Origin: Solirubrobacterales bacterium
GTDB taxonomy: Bacteria > Actinomycetota > Thermoleophilia > Solirubrobacterales > 70-9
Assembly: GCA_038237625.1 (NCBI GenBank)
Contig: JBBRYM010000009.1
Location: 36,398-100,397, forward strand
Reading direction: 5' to 3'
DNA: 64,000 nt
The notes under the pieces were generated by a model. The model did no database searches, had not been told where the DNA came from, and worked only from the letters and a program-made list of their open reading frames with translations. Below, piece by piece: positions 8,392 to 16,686 of this stretch (within the stretch, counting starts at the first letter, position 1; each line of letters opens with the position of its first letter). The translations under genes were made by a program, and so were the position numbers.

Positions 8392-11250
8392 ATGGGCGTA
8401 GGGACCCCGGAATCGAAGCTTGGCGGCAGGATCTTCGCGAGCGCGCTCGCGGCGATGATCCTCGCCGGTGGCGCGATTTACGTGTTCGGCGGCCCGGAAT
8501 CCGAGCCCGCCCTCGCCGAGTGCCTTGCCGCGCACGCGAGCGCGCCGGCAGAGCCCGACGCCGCCCCGGCCGACCCTGACGCCGGCGGAAATTGCGCAGT
8601 GCGTGGCGTGGAGAGCTTCGCCGACCTTTCCACGGCCGCCCACAGCCTCGGCCTTCGCATCGGCGCGGACAGTCCCGGCGACTACGCGAACAGCCCGAAG
8701 GTCCGGCTTCGCGCGGCCCAGCCAAGCCACGTGCCGGGGACTGACGGCACATGGAAGCCGGTGGGCAAGGGGCCGCTGGTCGCAAACGATCCCACTTACC
8801 CGAACACCTATGGCGAGGGCTTCGCCGACCTCGCGGGCCGCATCTCCGATTACTCCTACGACGCCAAGCACAAGCGGTTGTACGCGGCGGTGGCGAGCGG
8901 CGGCGTTTGGGTCTCGAAGAACGCGGGGGCGAGCTGGCGCTCGATCGGGAACCGGCTGCCAACGCAGACCGTCGGCTCGGTCGCGTACTCGCCTGCCGAT
9001 CACGGCACTCTGATCGCCGTCACCGGCGACAACGCCTTCGGCGGCAACACCTACGGCGGCCTGGGTGTGTTCCGCACGACGAACAACGGGCGCACGTGGA
9101 AGCGCGCCCGCGGTGTGCCGGCCGGGGCCCTGGGCTTCAAGGCAGCGGTCGACCCCCAGCATCCCAAGGTGATCTACGCCGCGACCGGGGCCGGGCTCTT
9201 CCGGTCGCGTAACGACGGGCGCTCGTTTAAAGACGTCGATCTCCCCATCGGCGGCAGCTGTCAGGGCATGACCTTCCACAAGCCCAACTGCTTCTTCGCG
9301 AACATCGTCACCGACGTGGTCGTCCAGGCGAAGGACCACTTCGGCCACAAGGGCAGTCAGGTCCTTGCCGCGGTGGGGTGGCGAGCCGGGGCGAATCCCA
9401 ACTTCAACGGCCAGCCCGAGTCGCCCGCCAACGGCCTGTACCTCTCCGGCAATGGAAAGCCCGGAAGCTTCAAGCGCCTGAACGTGGACAGCAACGGCTT
9501 CGCGCCTCAGGACGCGGTCGGCCGCGTCGAGTTGGGCGCCGCGACGGGCCCCCAACAGGACCACGGCTACGTCTACGCCCTCGTCCAGGACGCAAAGCTC
9601 TTCAACAGCGGCAAGATCGAAGGGCTGGACGTCCCCGGCGGCGACCCCCTGGGCATCGGCATCGACCCCACCGCGACGCCCACCTACCTGAACGGGGTCT
9701 ACGTCTCCAAGGACTTCGGCCGCACCTGGACGAAGATGGAGGGTCGCCAGCAGTTCCTGCTGCCGACCAGCGGCTCGACATTGGCACAGCTCACCCCCCT
9801 GGGCTTCGGGCCTGGCATCCAGTCCTGGTACGACGAGTGGATCAAGCCGGACCCGACCGTGCAGACCAACAACGGCGTCCCGACGCGGGTTGTCCTCGGC
9901 CTCGAGGAGCTCTACGAAAACCGCCTGCCAGTCGCCCAGAACGGCCCAAGCGACTTCAGGACGATCGGTTCCTACACGGCACTTGGCGGCGGCTGCCTGC
10001 TGGTGATCGCCGCGCCCTTCTGCACCGACATCCAGCAGATCACCCAGGCAACGACAACGCATCCCGACCAGCACTCCGGCACGTTTATCCCGGACGGAAG
10101 CGGCGGCGTGACCCTTCTCGCCGGAAACGACGGCGGCAATTACACCCAGCACGTCTCAAGTGGCGGCGACTTCGCCAACTCGAATTGGGGCAGCGGCAAC
10201 CAGTCGGGCTTTCACACCCTGCTGCCGTACGGTGTCAGCGGCTCGAAGGACGGGGTCATCTACGCCGGCCTCCAGGACAACGGCGAGTTGCGCATCGCGG
10301 CCGACGGCACCCAGAACGAGACCTTCGGCGGCGACGGCGTCTTCACCCAGGTCGATCCGAAGAACTCCAACGTTGTCTTCGAGGAAACGCCGGACGCCGG
10401 CGTGTCGGTCTCGACCGACGGCGGCGTGAACTGGACCGACGTCAACCCCCTGGTCGACAACCCGTCGTTTTACTCGCCGCTCGTCATGGACCCGAAGAAC
10501 GCCAATCATGTCCTCACCGGGGGCAAGCAGATCGTCGAGACGACCGACGGGCCGAACGTGACCTCACCCTCCACGCCGTCCGCCCCCACCGACTGGAAGA
10601 CGGTCATGAACCTCGGTAAGTCGAAGAAGACCGGCGTCACGAACCAGGTCTCGGCGATCGGCGTGCGCGGCCGCAGCGTCTACGCCGGTTACTGCGGCGG
10701 CTGCGACGTGGTGCGCGACAACGTCAAGTTCTCCGCGGGCCTGGCGACCAACGTCGGCGGCAAGAAGCCCCCCAAGCCCGGGACCCGTCAGGGCTGGCAC
10801 AAGGTCAAGGCGAAGGGCCTCCCCCAGCGGTTCATCTCCGACGTGACGATCGACCCGCACCGAGTCAAGACGATCTACGTGACCCTCGGCGCCTCGGACC
10901 TGCGGCCCTACGCGGGCCCCCGCGCCACGGGCAACTCCGGCATCGCCGCCAGCGGCGGCCACATCTACAAGTCGACGAACGGCGGCAAGACCTTCCACGA
11001 CATCTCCGGGAACCTGCGCAAGCTCCCTGCCCTGTGGTCCATCGTGCACGGTCACCAGCTTGTCGTGGCCTCGACGAACGGCGTCTACGCATCGCGCGGG
11101 CGAAACGGGGGCCACTATGCGCTCCTCGGCCGCACGCTCCCCGCGGCGCCGGTCTTCAGCCTCGCCAAGGTTCCCGGTCGCCGGCGCCAGCTCCTGGCGG
11201 CGAGCCTCGGTCGCGGCGTGTACCGGTACACCTTCCCGAAGCACCACTGA
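8392..11250 (+). CDS. BNR/Asp-box repeat beta-propeller protein (sialidase/VPS10-sortilin-like), N-terminally anchored
   Basis: 952 aa with an N-terminal hydrophobic anchor. It has repeated SxDxGxTW-type Asp-boxes: SKNAGASWRS, TTNNGRTWKR, SRNDGRSFKD, SKDFGRTWTK, STDGGVNWTD, STNGGKTFHD. Confidence 0.8.
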   Translation: MGVGTPESKLGGRIFASALAAMILAGGAIYVFGGPESEPALAECLAAHASAPAEPDAAPADPDAGGNCAVRGVESFADLSTAAHSLGLRIGADSPGDYANSPKVRLRAAQPSHVPGTDGTWKPVGKGPLVANDPTYPNTYGEGFADLAGRISDYSYDAKHKRLYAAVASGGVWVSKNAGASWRSIGNRLPTQTVGSVAYSPADHGTLIAVTGDNAFGGNTYGGLGVFRTTNNGRTWKRARGVPAGALGFKAAVDPQHPKVIYAATGAGLFRSRNDGRSFKDVDLPIGGSCQGMTFHKPNCFFANIVTDVVVQAKDHFGHKGSQVLAAVGWRAGANPNFNGQPESPANGLYLSGNGKPGSFKRLNVDSNGFAPQDAVGRVELGAATGPQQDHGYVYALVQDAKLFNSGKIEGLDVPGGDPLGIGIDPTATPTYLNGVYVSKDFGRTWTKMEGRQQFLLPTSGSTLAQLTPLGFGPGIQSWYDEWIKPDPTVQTNNGVPTRVVLGLEELYENRLPVAQNGPSDFRTIGSYTALGGGCLLVIAAPFCTDIQQITQATTTHPDQHSGTFIPDGSGGVTLLAGNDGGNYTQHVSSGGDFANSNWGSGNQSGFHTLLPYGVSGSKDGVIYAGLQDNGELRIAADGTQNETFGGDGVFTQVDPKNSNVVFEETPDAGVSVSTDGGVNWTDVNPLVDNPSFYSPLVMDPKNANHVLTGGKQIVETTDGPNVTSPSTPSAPTDWKTVMNLGKSKKTGVTNQVSAIGVRGRSVYAGYCGGCDVVRDNVKFSAGLATNVGGKKPPKPGTRQGWHKVKAKGLPQRFISDVTIDPHRVKTIYVTLGASDLRPYAGPRATGNSGIAASGGHIYKSTNGGKTFHDISGNLRKLPALWSIVHGHQLVVASTNGVYASRGRNGGHYALLGRTLPAAPVFSLAKVPGRRRQLLAASLGRGVYRYTFPKHH

Positions 11251-11334
11251 AACCCCTCGCGGCACTGTGATCGCTGCTAGCCTTGCGGCGCCTCATGGCG
11301 GAGACAAGACGTCCCGCCCGGACCCTCCCTCCTG

Positions 11335-12384
11335 ATGATCCCGACTGCCCAGCAAGTGGCCGACGCCACCGCGTTCGCGATCGGCTTCGATCGACGCGAC
11401 CGCGCCCGCCTGCACGAGCTGTGGGACGGCGTCCTCGACTCCGGGCAATGGGCGGAGGGCAGCCTCACCGCAGAGCTCGAGGCTGCCTGGACCGCTCACG
11501 ACGACATGGCCGCGGTCGCCACCTCAGGCTGGTCGGGCGGCGCGCTCGCGGCGCTCGAGCTGTGCGGCGTGCGGGGCGAGAAGGTCCTCTGCCCGTCGAA
11601 CACCTTCATGGCGACGCCGCTGGCGATCGTCCGCGCGGGTGGCACGCCCGTATTCGTCGACTGCAACCGTGAGGATCTCTGCATGTCGTTCGGGGACTTC
11701 GAGCGCAAGGCGGAGCGCGAGCGGCCACGAGCGGCGTTCCTCGTCCACATCGGTGGCCACATCGCCTTCGACGTCGAGCGGATCGCGGCCTACTGCGACG
11801 CCAACGACATCTTCCTGATCGAGGACTGCGCCCACGCCCACGGGGCGTCCTGGAACGGCCGTCGCCCGGGGTCGTGGGGGAAGGCGGGCATCTACTCCCT
11901 TTACGCGACGAAAACAATCTCCACCGGCGAGGGCGGCATCCTGGTCTCGCGCGATGACGACGTCGTCGAGTTCGCCCGAGACTTTCGCAACTATGGCAAG
12001 CCCACGCATGAGGTCGAGGGGCTGGGGCTGCGGATGAGTGAGTTCACCGCCGCGCTGGGGCTGGTGCAGATCGAGCGACTCGACGAGATCGTCGCCTGGA
12101 AGAACGATGTCGCGTCCCGCTTCCTCGATCCCGTGTTCAGTGGTCGCCTCGGACTCCCGGACGGAATGACCTCGGGCCTCTACAAGTACGTCGTCTTCGA
12201 GGAGATCGCACGCTCGACCGGCCTCGTCTATGCCGACCCCTGCCACCGGATCATGGGCGATCTGGCGGACCTTCCCAACACCGACTGGGTTGCCCAGAAC
12301 CACCGCTGCGTTCCCCTCTATTACCACGGCCCGGAGATGCCCGAAACCGGCGAGCCGTGGGCGGCCCTGAAGGACTCCGCGTGA
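11335..12384 (+). CDS. DegT/DnrJ/EryC1/StrS family PLP-dependent sugar aminotransferase
   Basis: 349 aa. IEDCAHAHGA ... YSLYATKTISTGEGGILVS (PLP lysine context) is typical of the family. Confidence 0.85.
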   Translation: MIPTAQQVADATAFAIGFDRRDRARLHELWDGVLDSGQWAEGSLTAELEAAWTAHDDMAAVATSGWSGGALAALELCGVRGEKVLCPSNTFMATPLAIVRAGGTPVFVDCNREDLCMSFGDFERKAERERPRAAFLVHIGGHIAFDVERIAAYCDANDIFLIEDCAHAHGASWNGRRPGSWGKAGIYSLYATKTISTGEGGILVSRDDDVVEFARDFRNYGKPTHEVEGLGLRMSEFTAALGLVQIERLDEIVAWKNDVASRFLDPVFSGRLGLPDGMTSGLYKYVVFEEIARSTGLVYADPCHRIMGDLADLPNTDWVAQNHRCVPLYYHGPEMPETGEPWAALKDSA

Positions 12385-15029
12385 GGGTCATGGTCACCGG
12401 CGGGTCGGGCTTCATCGGCTCGCACGTCGTCGACAAGCTCCTCGACGCGGGTCACCAGGTTCGCCTCTACGACCTCGCCCCCTCTCCCTATCGCTCGCCC
12501 GAGGAAGTCGACTTCCGAAGCGGCGACATCACCGACCTCGACGCGCTCACGGCTGCCTCACAGGGCTGCCACGCAATCATCCACCTGGCCGCCGTGGCCG
12601 ACGTCAACGACGTGGTCGCCGACCCCGCGAAGGCCCAGGAGGTCAACTCGGAGGGCACGCTCAAGGTCCTCGAGGCGGCGCGCCGGGCAGAGGTCCAGCG
12701 GGTCGTTTACGGATCGACAATCTGGGCCTATTCCGACTGCCCGGAGCGCGACGTCGACGAGGACACCCGCGCCGAGGCCCCCAGCCACCTCTACACCGCC
12801 ACGAAGCTCGCGGGCGAGCACTACTGCAAGTCCTACTCGGAGCTCTACGGCGTCGAGTACACGATTCTGCGCTTCGGCATCCCCTACGGCCCACGCGCGC
12901 GCGACGCGACGGTCCTCGCCGCTTTCTGCGCAAAGGCCGAGAACGGCGAGCGCCTAACCGTCGCGGGGGACGGCAGCCAGTCACGGCGGTTCGTCTACGT
13001 CGAGGACCTGGCGGAGGGCGTCGTCGCCGGCCTGCGGCGGGAAGCGGCCAACCGGCTCTACAACCTCACCGGCGCCGAGGACACGACCATCCTGCAGATC
13101 GCCGAGGCGGTGCGCGACCACGTCGCCGACTCCGGCATCGTCCACACGCCGGGGCGAACCGGCGACTTCGGCAGCAAGGAGGTCTCCTCGGAGCGAGCGC
13201 AGCGAGAGCTCGGGTGGAGCGCCCGGACCCGCTTTGCCGAGGGTTTTCGCTCATACCTCGCCTGGCGCCGCGCGCGCCCCGAGCGTCGCAAGGTCCTGAT
13301 CCTCACCGCCGACATCGGCGAGGGCCACGACCTGCCCGCCCGGGCGCTGGCGCGCGACCTCGCCCTCGAGCATCCGGGCAGCGAGGTCGAGGTCGTCGAC
13401 GGCCTGAGGGCGATGGGCCGAATCGTCACCGCAACGGTTCGCGATGGCTCCTGGTTCTCGTTCAACTGGCTGCCGATCCTCTTCGCCCTCCAGTACGCGC
13501 TGCTTACGCGCTTTCTCCCGGCTCGCTGGCTCGTGCTGCGCCTGGGGTACTTGCTCGGAGCCCGCGGGCTGCTCAGGGCCATCCGCAGCCAGGACCCCGA
13601 CGTGATCATTTCCACGTATCCGGGGACGACTGCGGTGCTCGGTGAGATGCGGCTGCGCCGCCGCCTCGACGTTCCCGTGGTTTCTGCCATCACCGACCTC
13701 GCGGGACTTCGCTTCTGGGCGCACCCCGGAGTCGACCTGCACACGATCACTCACCGCGAGTCGATCGAGGAGGTCGAGACGATTGCAGGACCGGGAAGCG
13801 CGCGCTGGGCGCGGCCCCCGACGGGGCCGGAGTTTTTCGAGCCGCGCGAGCGCGACGACGCCCGCCGCGCCCTCGACCTTCCGCTCGACCGCCCGGCGAT
13901 CATCGTCTCAGGGGGCGGCTGGGGTATCGGCGATTTGGTCGGCGCCGTCGAAACCGCGCTCGAGGTCCCGGACTCAATCGTCCTTTGCCTGAGCGGCCAC
14001 AACCAGCATGCTTGGCGCCGGCTTCGCGAGCGCTTCGGCGCCGATCCTCGGGTTCAGCTGTTGGGCTTCACCGACAGGATGAGCGACCTCCTCGCGGCCG
14101 CCGACGCCCTGGTTCACTCAACGGCCGGCCTGACCGTGCTAGAGGCACAGATCCGGGGCTGCCCGACGATCTCGTACGGCTTCGCTGTCGGGCACATCCG
14201 CGTCAACAACCACGCCTTCGAGCGCTTCGGCCTCGCCCGGGTGGCCCGCTCGAAGCCCGAGCTGGCTGCCTGTTTGCGCGAGGCGCTCTCAGAGCGCGCG
14301 GAGCCCGACGAATCATTCGCCAAGCTGCCCTCGCCGGCCACGCTCGCCATCGAGGCTCGCCCCCGCGTGCGGCCGTTTCCGACTGCGCGCCTGCGCGCTG
14401 CGCGGATTGCCACAGCCGGCGCAGCCGCCTCGGTGATCGCCGGCGCGGCGCTGTTCACGGATCTCGGCTACCCGCTCATGGCTCGCGCGCTCGGCGTCGG
14501 AACCATGCGCTCGGCGCCCGTGGAGGGCCACGACGTCGGGGTGCTCATCGACGCGCCGACCAGCTCGGCCGGCCGGCTCGCTCGCGATCTTGCGCGCCAC
14601 GGCATCACGGCCTCCTTCGCGCTCGACAGCGCTCCCTCAAACAGGAAGCTTGGCACGCTGTTCGCAGCCGGGGACGAGGCCCTGCCCAGAATCGACAGCG
14701 GGGGTCCATTTCATTCGTTCGGCACGGGGGGCCGGCTCGCCGCCGCGGCGAGCTCGCTCGGCTTGCAACGACCCTTCTACTACGAGCCGCCGGAAGACGG
14801 CAGGACCGGCCTGCAGGCGCTGCTGGCGAAGTCCGCCGGCGGTCACCCCGTGGCCGGAGCCGTATTCGTAACCGGACCGGGAGATGGCGCGTCCATCCGT
14901 CCGGGTGACTTCGTGGAGCTGGACCTGACCGTCGGCTCGAAGCCCCGCCGCGCAATCGCCGCTCTCAAGTCCGACCTCCGGACGTCACGCCTGCACGGTG
15001 TGCCGCTGACGCAGCTGGTCGCCCCGTAA
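12381..15029 (+). CDS. three-domain fusion: NAD-dependent sugar epimerase/dehydratase (SDR) + MGDG-synthase/GT28 glycosyltransferase + TM-anchored NodB-like domain
   Basis: N-terminal domain: VTGGSGFIGSH and YTATKLAGEHY (extended SDR). Middle domain: KVLILTADIGEGHDLPARALA ... IVSGGGWGIGD ... STAGLTVLEAQIRGCP (UgtP/MGDG synthase type). This is followed by a TM segment (IATAGAAASVIAGAALF) and a roughly 200-aa tail (VGVLIDAPT ... GITASFAL) resembling a degenerate polysaccharide deacetylase. The GTG at 12381 overlaps the DegT stop; an ATG at 12390 is an alternative start. Confidence 0.8.
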   Translation: MRVMVTGGSGFIGSHVVDKLLDAGHQVRLYDLAPSPYRSPEEVDFRSGDITDLDALTAASQGCHAIIHLAAVADVNDVVADPAKAQEVNSEGTLKVLEAARRAEVQRVVYGSTIWAYSDCPERDVDEDTRAEAPSHLYTATKLAGEHYCKSYSELYGVEYTILRFGIPYGPRARDATVLAAFCAKAENGERLTVAGDGSQSRRFVYVEDLAEGVVAGLRREAANRLYNLTGAEDTTILQIAEAVRDHVADSGIVHTPGRTGDFGSKEVSSERAQRELGWSARTRFAEGFRSYLAWRRARPERRKVLILTADIGEGHDLPARALARDLALEHPGSEVEVVDGLRAMGRIVTATVRDGSWFSFNWLPILFALQYALLTRFLPARWLVLRLGYLLGARGLLRAIRSQDPDVIISTYPGTTAVLGEMRLRRRLDVPVVSAITDLAGLRFWAHPGVDLHTITHRESIEEVETIAGPGSARWARPPTGPEFFEPRERDDARRALDLPLDRPAIIVSGGGWGIGDLVGAVETALEVPDSIVLCLSGHNQHAWRRLRERFGADPRVQLLGFTDRMSDLLAAADALVHSTAGLTVLEAQIRGCPTISYGFAVGHIRVNNHAFERFGLARVARSKPELAACLREALSERAEPDESFAKLPSPATLAIEARPRVRPFPTARLRAARIATAGAAASVIAGAALFTDLGYPLMARALGVGTMRSAPVEGHDVGVLIDAPTSSAGRLARDLARHGITASFALDSAPSNRKLGTLFAAGDEALPRIDSGGPFHSFGTGGRLAAAASSLGLQRPFYYEPPEDGRTGLQALLAKSAGGHPVAGAVFVTGPGDGASIRPGDFVELDLTVGSKPRRAIAALKSDLRTSRLHGVPLTQLVAP

Positions 15030-15043
15030 GGAGCCGGATAGAG

Positions 15044-15964
15044 CTAGGGAGCTTCGGCCGCCGCGACCAGCCCCCCCACCGCGGGGGTCGAGCCGATCAG
15101 GCCCGCTCCCACCGCCACGGTGACGAGAAAGGCAACGAGGGCCGCGCCGCCAAGGGGTGTGTGGTCCCAGCTCTCGCCGCCCAAGAACGGCGCGAGGGCG
15201 ACTGGGACGCTGACCTGGACCACGAAGACGACCGGAGCCACGTGGGTCGCCGGCCTGCTCTGCAGGGCGCTCATCTCGCTGAGGAGGCCGACCATGGCGA
15301 TCAGCCCGGTGACGAACGCCCACCCGAGCGCCGCCGCCGGCTCACCTCGGGAGAGGTAGTCGGTGATGAGCTTCGAGGACACGCCGGTCCATGCGAACGC
15401 GCACCCGGCGCTCAGGGGGACGAGCACGCTCGCGCGCACGCGCCCGCGCCCGCGCAAAACGTAAGGCAGAAGCGCGAGGGCAGCGAGCCCGCCAAGCGTC
15501 AGTACCAGTCGGGAGAAATTGGCATGGCTGGTCACGCGCTCCGGCGCTGCCCAGGCCATGCCCGCGACCCCCGCGACGATCGCCAGGACGGCAAAGACCT
15601 CGCGGCGGCCCACCCGCTCGCCCAGGATGCGGTGGCCGAGCACAAGGAGCAGCAGCAGGCCGCTCGCCAGGGCGGGCTGGACCACGGTGAGCGGCGCCAC
15701 GAGCAGGGCAGCGAGGTGGAACGGCCACCCGGAACCCGACAGGAGCGTCCCCGCCAGCCAGCGGCGGCTTCGAACGAGGCCGCCGAACAACGAGGGTCGC
15801 AGCGCATGGCTCGGAGGGGCGGTGCGGGCATCCAGCGCCTGGATAGCGATCCCGACCGCGAACAGTGACGAGGCCGTGCAGGCAAGGAGGATCCCAAGGG
15901 CGAGCACGCGCGGGATGATAGGAACGTGCGTGCGACCCCACTTCTCGCCCTGGCCGGCCTCCAT
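15044..15964 (-). CDS. multi-pass membrane protein, DMT/EamA-like
   Basis: About 9-10 hydrophobic helices with a two-halves architecture. The family call is tentative. The longest ORF overlaps the divergent deacetylase start by 39 nt. An internal GTG at 15907 would remove the overlap. Confidence 0.6.
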   Translation of the reverse strand: MEAGQGEKWGRTHVPIIPRVLALGILLACTASSLFAVGIAIQALDARTAPPSHALRPSLFGGLVRSRRWLAGTLLSGSGWPFHLAALLVAPLTVVQPALASGLLLLLVLGHRILGERVGRREVFAVLAIVAGVAGMAWAAPERVTSHANFSRLVLTLGGLAALALLPYVLRGRGRVRASVLVPLSAGCAFAWTGVSSKLITDYLSRGEPAAALGWAFVTGLIAMVGLLSEMSALQSRPATHVAPVVFVVQVSVPVALAPFLGGESWDHTPLGGAALVAFLVTVAVGAGLIGSTPAVGGLVAAAEAP

Positions 15965-16606
15965 TCCCTGCCGGCCGCAGCGCCGGTCTTAGCGCCTGTC
16001 GCCCGGGGACTGAAAATCCCGCTCCGGATCAAAACACCCGGTGTCGCGATCACCTTCGACGACGGGCCCCACCCGCAGGGGACTGCGGCCGCCCTCGAGG
16101 CACTCGCGCGCGAGGGGGTGCCCGCAACCTTCTTCCTCGCCGGGGAGCAGGTTGAGCGCTTCCCGGCCCTGGCCCGCGAGATTCTCGACGCCGGCCACGA
16201 GACCGCACTCCATTGCCACCGCCACCGCAACCAATTGCGCCTGACCCCGGCCGCAGCCGCAGAGGACCTTCGCCGCGGCGCCGCGGCAATCGTGGATGCC
16301 ACCGGGCGGCCGCCGCGCCTTCACCGTCCCCCCTACGGGATCTACTCAGCCTCGGGGCTGGCCCACGCCCGGCGGCGTTACGCGCTGCTCCTGTGGTCGC
16401 GCTGGGGACACGACTGGCGAGCGAGCGCGACCGCGGAGTCGATCGCGGCCGAGGCGGGCGGAAGGCTGACGTCCCGCGACGTGGTGCTGCTCCACGACGC
16501 CGACCACTATTCCGATCGGGGCTCGTGGAAGGCGACCGTGGCCGCGCTGCCCCGAATCATCGAGTCGGTGCGCGAGCAGGGTCTCGAGGCAGTGGCGGTT
16601 CCCTAG
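15926..16606 (+). CDS. polysaccharide deacetylase (NodB homology domain)
   Basis: VAITFDDGPHPQGT ... VPATFFLAGEQV ... GHETALHCHRH ... VVLLHD are the classical NodB motifs. No in-frame ATG/GTG/TTG lies between 15926 and the catalytic motif. Confidence 0.8.
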   Translation: MRATPLLALAGLHSLPAAAPVLAPVARGLKIPLRIKTPGVAITFDDGPHPQGTAAALEALAREGVPATFFLAGEQVERFPALAREILDAGHETALHCHRHRNQLRLTPAAAAEDLRRGAAAIVDATGRPPRLHRPPYGIYSASGLAHARRRYALLLWSRWGHDWRASATAESIAAEAGGRLTSRDVVLLHDADHYSDRGSWKATVAALPRIIESVREQGLEAVAVP

Positions 16607-16686
16607 CCGCCCGCAGGAAACGCTGCGTGACGCTGTCCGAGACCCGTACGCTTCAACCAGCAACGCGGAGTCAAGGACGAGGAGGG

